Source: Octopus sinensis
Taxonomy: Eukaryota
Reading direction: 5' to 3'
DNA: 64,000 bases
Assembly (NCBI RefSeq): GCF_006345805.1
Contig: NW_021833303.1
Span: 1 to 64,000 of the forward strand
In this document: positions 40,301 to 52,159 of the stretch, in pieces
Position numbering within the stretch: the first letter of the stretch is position 1
How the letters are laid out: each line of letters begins with the position of its first letter
Program-made: the position numbers and the translations under genes
The notes under the pieces: generated by a model
The model's database searches: none
The model's input: only the letters and a program-made list of their open reading frames with translations
What the model was told of the DNA's origin: nothing

Positions 40301-40479
40301 TGTTATGTTGATGTGCCAAAACGCTACGTTGTCATGTCAACGACGTTATGTTGTCATATCAACGATTCTATGTAAACGATACTATGATGTTACGTAGTTG
40401 TCATGACAACAACACTGTTGTCATATCAACAATGTATTGTGTGGCTCTATATCCTCCTCCGCTTTCCTAGACTTACAGT

Positions 40480-42950
40480 CTCCCTAATACGGCCTGTTGG
40501 GAAATGTTCATGCCTGAGTCCCTTTCAACAAGTTTAAATTTCTTCCAAAATTGGTTTCTTGAATAATATTCCGTTCATTTAGTTTTGTTTCGAAGATCTT
40601 CCCAGCCCCTCCCCTCATATTCTTTTGCAACTTTATCTTTCATTTTCCCCAACACTTCTAAATATTTATATCCCCCAAATAGGGGGGATGGGCCATGAAT
40701 ATCAGAAGATTTGTTCACAGTTTCATCCAGAAGACTTCCGAAAGTCTGCCGACTCGATTTGCTGACCATAGGAAATTTTATATCCTTTCATGGACGCCAT
40801 GTATTTTCAGACACTTTAGAAACCAGGAATAAGGACAGTGACATCTATTTTCAATTTATGACTCCAATTTAATCTTATTAACATCGTCCACACTCTTGAA
40901 GTCTCATTTTGTAAACTTAGAGTCACTCACTCGTAACTCGGGGTGTCTTCCGCCAGCCTCTCTTTCCTTTACTACCAAGGTTTTCTATCTTCATGATGAA
41001 GTATTTCTCAACAGCTTTTCATGAAGTATCTCTCTTCTTATCAATAGTTTCTCGACATCGAAAATACAAATGTTATTACTCTGTAGTTGCCCGCTTCATC
41101 TTTTTATGTTATCGTTCTTCAAAAGGACAGTTTCATTTTCTTTTGTCAGCTACCTTGATGCATCTCCTGAAAGACATTGTGTGTCATATACGAGGGTAAT
41201 CCCAAAAGTAAGGATTCCAAAAATATTTAGAAATCACAGAAACGTTTATTGTCAATGTTTACATCATTTTAAAGTTTGAACATTTATTTATTTTTCTACA
41301 TAATCGCCATTTCGGTCGATGCACTTTTGTAAGTGCTGAGGCAGTTTTTGTACGCCCATTTCATACCAGCTCACCGCCATGTTGAACTTCATCTTTCACC
41401 TTGTCGTCGTTGCAGAAGCGCGTTCCGACCAAATGTTCTTTCAACTTAGGGAACAGGTGGTTGTCACTTGGTGCCAAGTCCGGACTATAAGGTGAGTTGC
41501 CATTTATGGTCTTCTGTAAGAATTCGTGGGACCCATCTTGCGCACACCTTCCGATCACTCAAAACCCTATGAATGGTGCTTCGGGAAATCTCACGGACCA
41601 AAATGCAGAGATCATCCAGAGTGAGCCGCCGATTTTCACGCAGGATTTGCTCAACCCTCGCGACTGTCTCGTCGGAAATTGATGGTCGCCCGCTTCTTTC
41701 TTTGTCACGATATTTCAGTACGACCAGCTGCAAACACCCTACACCACTTGCGGACGTTTTTTACATCCATGCACGACTCGCCACACACTTCCGTTAATTG
41801 GTGATGAATTTCAATCGATTTAATGCCCTTTGCGTTCAAAAACCGAATAACTGCACGAACTTCATACTTGGCGGTGGCGTCAGTCGGGAGCTCCATCAGA
41901 TACGCCTGCCAAGCCAAGACTGAGAGTGCTAGCGAATCGCGTGCAGGGGCAGGTACAGGCGTATGCACAACAAACACAACAGTGTTGCCAAAAGCCGCAT
42001 GCACAGTTTCCCTGCGTCCCCAGCTCTTTGGAGGCCTAACTTCTGGGATTACCTTTGTATTTTCCAGTAAAGCGCATATTTATGACATGTGCAAACCAGA
42101 ATATTCGTAGCTGACCAATTTGGTATTTTCAGGAATTTCCTCGTCATATTACATTTTCATAAATATCCAACGTTTTCACTTTTTGCTTCATAACCACAAC
42201 GGTTGTCTCCAGTTTGGATCCGTTTCATGTTTCACTTTTTCTCTTCCAAAATGCCGGACAAATGTTGTTTTCATTCTCACTCACATGTGGTACTTTCCGT
42301 TTTGCTGTTCTTCAGCTCATTTCGGTCCCTGATAAAATTTTATTTCGTTATTCGTAAACATTCTATTCTGTTTATACTCCTTTATCAGCTGCAGACATCA
42401 ACTTGCTTTTCCTTCTATTTACCTTGATTCCTTGTTTTATTGAGTCTTTTATAGTCTCTTATGCCTTTTCATTTTTACGCAGTTTATGTTTTTAATCCTT
42501 CATGAATTTTGCTTTTTTCCTATTCCTTCGTGTAATTAGGGGAAACCAAGTCACAAGTTTCTTTTTTTATGTCTTCTACTTGTCCCTCTGGTCTCCTCTT
42601 TCACCAAACTTCACTTGTTTTTGTTTAAGTTTCAAATTCAACACTTAATATTTCCATGACGAGTGAACTTCCATCCTTATAACAAACACTTCATTCATAT
42701 CACTGATGTTCTTTCCTCTTATCTTTTTTTTTTTTTTTTACTATATCAGGATTTTGTTCTCGTTACCGTTTTTTTTCTCCTCTAATATAATAAATTTCCT
42801 CAATATCTCTTCTTTATTCCTCTGATATCGCTAAACCTTTTAGAATTTGTAATCTATATCCAGTATCAGGATTACCTTCCTCCGGCTTCACTTTTATTGC
42901 TCATGGCAAAATAGGTTTTCTTTGTTCCACATCCCGTGTTTCTCTTCTAT
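40480..42950 (-). mobile_element. Old R4/Dong-like RLE retrotransposon body, interrupted by a mariner
   Basis: Broken motifs in the expected order: QNRMFTNNEIKFYQ, FWK, TVLL...GNYRVIT, SWFLKCLKIHGV, YKYL...MKDKVAKEY, GRNL. Confidence 0.6.
41191..42057 (-). mobile_element. Internally deleted mariner
   Basis: ~30-bp imperfect TIRs (cgagggtaatcccaaaagtaagg / reverse complement caaaggtaatcccagaagttagg), TA at 41189-90 and 42058-59; EVRAVIRFL, RSGRP, WVPR, SPYSPDLAPSD motifs. Confidence 0.93.
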
Positions 42951-43098
42951 TTTTGTTATTGTTGTACATTATTGTTGGCGTTGCTGTTGACGTTATGATT
43001 GCTGTCGTCATCCTCGTTAGTTATTTGTCAGTTTTGTGTTCCAGTGTGATCAAAGACGTTCCAACCGTAACCATCCCATCATTTTTATCATATATATC

Positions 43099-43189
43099 AG
43101 GAGTGGTTATGTGGTAAGTAACTTGCTTAGAAACTGCATGGTCTTGGGTTCAGTCCCACCGCGTGGCACCATGAGCAAGTGTCTTTTAC

Positions 43190-43246
<57 letters not shown>

Positions 43247-43515
43247 GTATATATATATTTATATATATATATTTATATATATATATATTATATATATATA
43301 TATATTATATATATATATATGTGCATGTATGTATATGTTTGTTTGCCTGTGTTTGCCCCCCTCCCATCGCTTGACAACCGATGTTGGTGTATTTATGTCC
43401 CCGTAACTTAGCGGATCGACAAAAGACGACGATAAAATATGTACTAGGCTTACAAAGAATAAGTCCTGCGGTGCTCCAGCATGGCCACAGTCAAATGATT
43501 GAAACAAATAAAAAA
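43099..43515 (+). mobile_element. Family C SINE with internal microsatellite and deletion
   Basis: aggagtggttatgtggtaag...gggttcagtccc...gtccccgtaacttagcgg...ggtgctccagcatggcc. Confidence 0.85.
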
Positions 43516-43814
43516 CATATACATATACGGTAGGGTGTGATTTGAGAGAGATTTGACTGCTATTTATGGTATGTCAAATGAGACTGTAGAGGTGTTCTCG
43601 TAGAACATTATTATGATACAAGTAGAATATCTCGCCTTCACTGCGTGGAGAGGTTTCAAAGCTGACGTTATTACTCGCCATGATACGTTGTTTCCTTGTG
43701 AGAATTGAAAATACTTCAGATGGTTGCTTTCTTTACCATTCCAAGCTTTTACTTCAGTACATAAGCTCTGAGAAAGTTGCTTGCAAAAGCTTAATTGTAC
43801 TCTTCCAATCCTAT

Positions 43815-44234
43815 GGCGGCGAGCTGGCAGAATCGCTAGCACGCCGGGCGAAATGCTTAGCAGTATTTCGTCTGCCACTACGTTGTGAGTTCAAATTCCG
43901 CCGAGGTCGACTTTGCCTACCATCCTTTCGGGTCGATTAAATAAGTACCAGTTACGCACTAACGTCGATATAATCGACTTAATCCGTTTGTCTCTCCTTG
44001 TTTGTCCTCTCAGTGTTTAGCTCCTTGTGGTTAATAAAGAAATAGGTATTTCGTCTGTCTTTACGTTGTGAGTTCAAATTCCGCCGAGGTCGACTTTGCC
44101 TACCATCCTTTCGGGTCGATTAAATAAGTACCAGTTATGCACTGAGGTCGATATAATCGACTTAATCCGTTTGTCTGTCCTTGTTTGTCCTCACTGTGAT
44201 TAGCCCCTTGTGGATAGCAAAGAAATAGGTATTT
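43815..44234 (+). mobile_element. Family A SINE tandem dimer (second unit headless)
   Basis: Head-body-tail, then body-tail again from 44046. Confidence 0.9.
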
Positions 44235-44864
44235 TCGAGAGCCTCTAAAATCTACATCGATGAAAAGTTTGGGTAGAAGAAAATATAGAAAGAATTCAGG
44301 TAATTCGGATAGATACATTTCCGGAATGATGTTGCCTCTGAAAGAAGAAAACCAACCGAATACTATAAATTAAGATAAGCATTTGAAATCGGTGTCAGTT
44401 TTTTAATCTTTTATAAACTAACCGAAATTGAGATACTAAAACAATTCCCGATAAATATTGATTGCAATAGGTTTTAACCGGCCTTAAACCGACTTTAGTA
44501 GAGCTTTTAAAGTATAAAGGAGAAAGACATAAGATGAATGAAGCTATCAAGTAACTTTCCAACTAGTTGTGTTTTACGAACTTAAGTCAATAAAAGATGT
44601 TGTTTTGTTATTCTTCGCGTTTGGTCTTCCAGTTTTTTTTTAAGTGCGACTTTCATGTGAGCCGAAAGTTAACATTTATCATGTCAGACTGCCAAATGTT
44701 GTAGTGGCAGACCATTGTTTATGGATATTCCGAAGGGAGCCTTAAACAGCTCCATCTGATATATCTATCGCAAACAACAACGATAGTTTAGAATAAAACA
44801 TTTTCTCGGCGCTACTACAGTTACCATTTTCTAAAATCTTAATTTCCTCTACCTTTATCAGTGT

Positions 44865-45172
44865 CGAGGGCCCGTGGCCTAGTATTTGGGATGTTGCATT
44901 TACGATCAGCAGATCGTGGTTTCGAGTCACGGACCAAGCTGTGCGTTCTGTTCTTTAGCAAAACACATCAATCCATGTTATCCCAGTCTACTCGGCTGTA
45001 AATATGTCACCCTGCAACAAATTGGTGCCCCGTTCAGCAAGAATATAGTGATTTTGATCAATTTTTTGCCAGGGGAAACCGAGTAACCGGCTCCAAAAGT
45101 CCTAGCACTCGAGACAGTACTTACATTGACACAACCTTCTCCCCCTCCCTCTCCCTCTCCCTCTCTCTCTCT

Positions 45173-45214
<42 letters not shown>

Positions 45215-45400
45215 TCTTTCTCTTTCTTTCCCTCTCTTTCTCTCTCTCTGTATAGTCCCCGTAACTTAGTGGTTCAGCAAAAGAGAGCGATAGAATAAGT
45301 ACTAGGCTTACAAAGAATAAGTCCTGTGGTCGGTTTGTTTGACTAAAAGGCGCTGCCTCAGCATGGCCGCAGTCAAATGACTGAAACAAGTAAAAAAATT
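44865..45400 (+). mobile_element. Degenerate tRNA-SINE (44865-45125) followed by a family C 3' half (45250-45400)
   Basis: ggtttcgagtc B-box-like motif; family C tail gtccccgtaacttag...gactgaaacaag. Confidence 0.65.
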
Positions 45401-45431
45401 AAAAAATATGTACATATATGTATATATATAT

Positions 45432-45474
<43 letters not shown>

Positions 45475-45542
45475 TACAATATATATACAATATATATATA
45501 TGTATACATATATATAATATAATATATATATATATATAATAT

Positions 45543-45621
<79 letters not shown>

Positions 45622-45899
45622 TATACATATATGTGTGTGATTATTAAAAAGCTTTTAAATGTTTAAAAGTTCCTACGACCGGTTACTAAAGCGATCGAAA
45701 GGACTTTTAAACATTTTAAAACTTGTGATTTTTAAGATATAACTATTTTACTCTCTATTATAAAAATCGCTCTCATGAATCTCTAAATATCTTTTAAGAG
45801 TTTAGACATATTTCACACGGGAGCAATTAATTGTTAATTGTCATCCAGTGCAGCTTGTTTTCAAAGGACGTATTTATTTAACTATATATACATACATGT

Positions 45900-46072
45900 C
45901 ACGACTCCCTTCCCTGGATCTTTCCTTTTCCCATGTTTCTGACGAAGAGCTCCGCTCGAAACGTTAAATCCCCCTTCTTTCTTTCCTTTCCTGAGCGTCC
46001 AATAACACTGTACTTGTTCCACGTCCTCGCGTTGTTGTGTTTTCTCTTTGTTTTCATGTTTGGATTAACTAT
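45900..46072 (+). mobile_element. Penelope-like pLTR (family P1)
   Basis: Reverse-orientation homologue of 35492-35662. Confidence 0.7.
45935..45969 (+). ncRNA. Minimal type I hammerhead ribozyme, intact core
   Basis: GTTT-CTGACGA-A-GAGC-TCC-GCTC-GAAAC-GTT-AAAT; stem III palindrome AACGTT. Confidence 0.7.
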
Positions 46073-46324
46073 ATGGGTGTATGTGTGTGTATGTATGTAT
46101 GTATGTATGCTTGTATGTATGTATGTATGTATGTATGTATGTATGTATGTATGTATGTATGTATGTATGTATGTATGCTTGTATGTATGTATAGATAGAG
46201 AGAGAAATGATAGGAAATGGAATTAACGACATTCTTTTTCTAAAAATACAATTGTTTCGACACATTCCTACATTTTTAATACACAGGTAAGGTGTTGTGC
46301 AATCATTATTTTACTATATATATA

Positions 46325-46658
<334 letters not shown>

Positions 46659-46671
46659 TATATATTATATA

Positions 46672-47083
46672 AACATAGCAATCCTGGTTTAGGACGAATG
46701 TTGCTGTAATTTAGCCCCCGGAGACAGCGTCTCCTGTTGGCTATACGACACGACCTTGGTCCTTATATTTTCTAATTTATAAATCAGTGACTAGTTGTCA
46801 CTTTGAAGGCTATATATTTCGAGCCGGAATTTGACACCGCCACCTCTAGGCAAACAATTATTCTGTGCTGATGAAGGGAAATAACCCAGAAATCGCGATA
46901 CACAGATATTGTTTTGAGCTGAGTGGGGGTGCTAAATTCCCTTGCTCAAAAATAAAAGGACGCACATCGTGTCATATAGCCAGCTGGAGACGATGTCTGC
47001 TGGGGCTAAATTACAGCAACATTCATCCTAAACCAGGACTGCCATGTTATGTTGGCAAACAATCTTTACTCCAAAGTACTGTT
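46672..47083. mobile_element. Penelope-like pLTR family P3 with inverted partial copy
   Basis: Arms 46672-46753 and 46966-47048; hammerhead motif in the spacer upstream of the longer plus-strand copy. Confidence 0.72.
46863..46905 (+). ncRNA. Minimal type I hammerhead ribozyme, intact core
   Basis: CTGTG-CTGATGA-a-GGG-aaataa-CCC-a-GAAA-TCGCGA-TA-CACAG; 5-bp stem I; stem III palindrome ATCGCGAT. Confidence 0.72.
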
Positions 47084-47159
47084 GATGAATGTCTCTCGTC
47101 GTGTGATTCAAAAATAGTAACTTTCCTTCATTGTGTTGAAAAAACAATACTTTTTTAAA

Positions 47160-47489
47160 ACAGTCCTAACAGTAGCGCATCGTGCGCCTATGGCTATGAC
47201 CTCGGATCCAAGGCTCAGACTTCACAATGGAAGACTCCAACGAGATTTCAAAACGTCGAAAAAATCCAAGAGAATGTGACGAGACAGCTTATTAGTACCA
47301 CCACTACCACCACCACCATCAAAAGAATTACGAAGTTCGAGGAATGCTTCCATCAATGGAGACGGCACTGGGTAAGGTGAGCGACTTCAGAAAGGAACCA
47401 TTTTGAAGGGGATTCAGTGCCGAAAGGATACGCGTTGTACTTCCTTTGTTTTTTATAATACCAGTTGGATACTTTTTGATCAGACATCG
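47160..47489 (+). mobile_element. Deleted mariner remnant (3' TIR retained)
   Basis: YDLGSKAQTSQWKT, RFQNVEKIQENVTRQL, FEECFHQWRRHW...FEGD; ends ...tttttgatcagacatcg|TA. Confidence 0.7.
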
Positions 47490-48016
47490 TATAGAGGCAC
47501 GCACACACACACATCTTACATCTGTGCAAATATATATGTATTAACACTTGAATTTTGTAATTGTAATAATTGGACTCGATTTTGTTGATATTGAGTATCC
47601 CAGTCAGTAAATAATCTGTCGTTACTTTAACCGTGCTTTAATATAATAACCTCAAATTACTCACACAGATATTACATACATACATGCATACATACATACA
47701 TACATGCATACATACATACACACACATACATACATACATACATACATACATACATACATACCATATCATACATACATACATACATACCATATCATACATA
47801 CATACATACATACATGCATACATATAAACACACACACACACATACATACATACATACATACATACATACATACATACATACATACATACGTACATACATA
47901 CATACATACATGCATGCATATATACATACATACATGTATACATACATGCATACATACATGCATACATACATGCATACATGCATACATACATGCATACATA
48001 CATGCATACATACATC

Positions 48017-48247
48017 GTGGCACTCCGTCGGTTACGACGACGAGGGTTCCAGTTGATCCCATCGACGGAATAGCCTGTTCGTGAAATTAACGTGCAAGTG
48101 GCTGAGCACTCCACAGATATGTGTGCCCTTAATGTAGTTCTCGGGGAGTGTGACAAGGCTGGCCCTTTGAAATACCGGTACAACAGAAACAGGAAGAAAG
48201 AGAGAAAGTTGTGGTGAAAGAGTACAGCAGGGTTCGCCACCACCCCC
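48017..48247 (-). mobile_element. Family B SINE, 3' half
   Basis: gtggcactccgtcggttacgacgacgaggg... Confidence 0.85.
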
Positions 48248-48533
48248 TTGATTTATCGACCCTGAAAGGATGAAAGGCAAAGTCGACCTTGGCGGAACTC
48301 AGAACGTAATACCTATTTCTTTACTTACCCACAAGGGGCTAAACAGAGAGGGAACAAACAAGACGAACAAACAGATTAAGTCGGTTATATCGATCCCAGT
48401 ACTTATTTAATCGACCCCGAAAAGATGAAAGGCAAAGTCGACCTCGGCGGAATTTGTACTCAGAACGTAACGGCAGACGAAATACCGCTAAGTATTTTGC
48501 CTGGCGTGCTAACGATTCTGCCAGCTCGCCGCC
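48248..48533 (-). mobile_element. Family A SINE followed by a partial second body
   Basis: Full unit, then aaatag|gtatt restart at 48312/48313. Confidence 0.85.
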
Positions 48534-48690
48534 TTAAATATAATACGTATTATTGACAGATAAGTGGACTGAAGCAACGGAAAAAAACTGTTTTCTACTG
48601 AAAAACATCTCAGAAATTGCAAATGATTTGAACCCATACACTATGAACAAGCTGTAAAATATCGTTTTTTATTCAAACCTACAATTTCAC

Positions 48691-48729
<39 letters not shown>

Positions 48730-51073
48730 ACACACATATACACACATACTCATACACACATACTCATACACACACACACACACATACATGCATATGTGTA
48801 TATATGCATATATATAAATGTATTTATGTGTTTATATAAATATGCATATATACATACACACAGACATGTGCATATATGGTGCATATGTAGGTACCTATAT
48901 ATAGAACCGGAGAGAGATTTATTGGCGGAGGGGCGTACGAGTGGTTGTGCACTTCAGTTATGTTACAGAGATTATATTATTTCTAGTGAGCAAATATGTC
49001 AAGAGAAAATAATACCACAAAATAAAACAAGACAAGTAAAAGTTTTTAAAAGACTACCAACAAACATCAACACCAGTTTAAACCATAGCCTCTGACTCAT
49101 TCTATGTTTCATATTTTTAATACGCCTAGTTTTATGTTCGTCTCCTGATTATAGCAGTGGTCACTTCCGTAAACCACTTCAAATAAAATTGTGTGTACTT
49201 TTTCTATCTTTTTTTCTTTCTCCCTATTTAGAATTCTTTAATTTAGGCAGTTAAAAAAAACTGAAGTCTCGATCAAGTTTGTCTCATATTCTTAATCAAG
49301 TAAGAAAATGAAGTTGAGCCACTCAGTGACATTTTCAAAAATAAGTATCTACTTCCGGCAAAACATTCATCTTCTTCCGCTCCTCATTCAGCCATTATGA
49401 CATCTCAGTGTTGATGTGATTGGTGTTAAGTAATCAAGAGTGATCCTGCTCGTGAAGAAGAGAAAAACGACCAAAAGAAACCCTTCTGCGATGTTTTGCC
49501 GTTGATGATTTTGGAGATGTTATTTCTCTGAATATATTAAACATTTCATGCCAATATCTACAAGATATCAGATTCATATCATAATTGTGATCTTTGTCTT
49601 ATTTTTTTAAGTCAGAATCGTTTATCTCTGTAAAGTGATCTAATTGAATGAGGTAAGATTTCAGCATTTCCTAGTTATGTCCAAAAATATCGTTGAAACT
49701 CACAAACAAAGCCACTGATGCAGTGAAATAAGCAAAATAAACAGACCACTAATAGCTTCCGGTTTGGTAGGGGAAATCACTTGAAGCTGTCAATATCAGG
49801 TTAATTTTCTAAAACTTTATCTCGACCTATTGCTGAGAGTCCACTTGTCAATAATTTTGAACATAAAACTCTATGAACATAATCAAGTTGAAAGATGAAG
49901 AGAAAAGTTGATAAACTAAAATGGAAATAGAGACTGCTGCGATAATGAGTAAAAATTGTGATAAATGATGTTGTTGTGGGGAGGAAAGAGCTTTAGAAAT
50001 AAAAATATTGCAATAGAAACACCGTTTCAATACAAGATATTATGGAAAAGAAACACAGGAAACTTTTGTTAGTGAGGACAAGGATCAATATCAGACGACT
50101 TTATTGGAAAAGGAATTGTTTTCAAGTTGAAACTAAGACATTATGGAGTGAAACGGAAAAATTTATGGATTTAAAAAAAAATAAGATGCATGAAAAGAAC
50201 TTTAATTAATCATTTTAGTGTAACGATTAATTGCAGGGAACGAACACTATCCTAACGTGAAAATAGAAATATTCTATCGAGTTAGAGGTAAGCAGAAATC
50301 ATGAAGAATTATGGTGCAGTAAAAACGCTGGAAACTTGGAACAAAATATTGTGGAGTAAAAGACAAACGTTTCTAAAAGAAAAGAAACTGAAAGCCATTT
50401 TCTGTGACGACTTGTTTGCTTGGCTTTTTGCAATGAGACCATCTATTCAAGATGGCTGTTTGGTTATTTACTTTTCCTTAAACTAATTTCTTTAGATTAG
50501 GTTCATAGCTATGAATGTTAAATATAGGTTTGGGAAAATATAAAGTTTATTCTTTTCTTACTGCGAATAAAAGTGAAGTGAAATGCTTTTAATTGTTAAT
50601 TGGATCGATGTAGTTATTTAAATTCGACGGAACATAACCTCTAATTCAAGGACGGTACGAAGACTAAAAGAACTCTGAAATGTGTTGTTGATCTTGCCAG
50701 AAACATTTGGTTAAGCCTCGTACGTAAAACGCCTGGACGTGTGGACTTGGCTGTGATGGACGTCCTGTGAAGTTTTGTTATGCTCTGTTGCTTCTCCCCA
50801 ATTTATGCGGATCAGACTTAATCAATCGCTTAGCCTTCCCATGCCTTTTAGAGTAGGTTTCTGGTTTAAGATTTCTTCCTTCAGTTTCAAAGGGCTTCTA
50901 ACTAAACCTTAAAAAAAATCCTAGTTTGCATTTACCTATTTCCTTGACTAGGAATTCATTCATCCTTTTACATTACCTGCAAAAGAACCTATTTTCAACA
51001 TCATTGTATATATTATCAGCAGACGTTTATTCGAATCAGTAGGATTAATGCCATGATGTGATTCTATTTTGTT

Positions 51074-51453
51074 TGTGGAGGCGCAATGGCCCAGTGGTTA
51101 GGACAGCGGACTCGCGATCGTTGGATCGCGGTTTCGATTCCCAGACCGGGCGTTGTGAGTGTTTATTGAGCGAAAACACCTAAAAGCTCCACGAGGTTCC
51201 GGCAGGGATGGTGGTGATCCCTGCTGTACTCTTTCACCACAACTTTCTCTCACTCTTATTTCCTGTTTCTGTTGTACCTGTATTTCAAAGGGCCAGCCTT
51301 GTCACTCTCTGTGTCACGCTGAATATCCCCGAGAACTACGTTAAGGGTACACGTGTCTGTGGAGTGCTCAGCCACTTACACGTTAATTTCACGAGCAGGC
51401 TGTTCCGTTGATCGGATCAACCGGAACCCTCGTCGTCGTAACCGACGGAGTGC
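51074..51453 (+). mobile_element. Full-length family B tRNA-SINE
   Basis: A-box TGGCCCAGTGG, B-box GGTTTCGATTCCC, ~380 bp, ends cgtcgtaaccgacggagtgc. Confidence 0.9.
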
Positions 51454-52101
51454 TTCCATTCTATTTTGTTTATTTCATAGACGAGCGGAAGGTGAAAACC
51501 AAAACCGGCTGGATTTGAACTTAGACGATAAAGAGACAAACGGACGTGAACAGTTATCGCAATACACACAGTACAACGATCACGAAAAACGAACTGTTAG
51601 CCATCTTAATAACGAAGTCCATTTCAAGTCAGACTTCTAATTGACTAAGACCGGAATTTATATTTTTTTCCACGAGGATATAAGCGATATGAACGAAGTG
51701 TAAAAACTTAACTAAAAATCGGACCTAAACTGCAGGCATAGGTTATTAGAAATTTAATTTCATTTTATACAGTCTATACACCAGTAATATAATCGGGTTT
51801 AAAGAAATCTCGAGATGACAGGGAACAGTATTCAGCAAACAGTATAATGGTTTCAGCCGACTGTGCAAAATTCCTTTCCATATAAAATGCAACTGTGTCA
51901 TTTGTTTTACCGATTATAAAACCTTCCTTAAATGCTATCTAGGAATCATGTCTGCAGACTCTCAGAACGCTGTAAGACAACACTTTCTGTTGTTAACAGA
52001 ACACTTGTTTCGCTATATAAATGTTTCAGCATTTTCTTTCAGTTTTCAATTTTAATCTCTTTCCCACTTCTGTCTTTTCCTCTTTCTGTCTTTTACATTC
52101 G

Positions 52102-52159
<58 letters not shown>

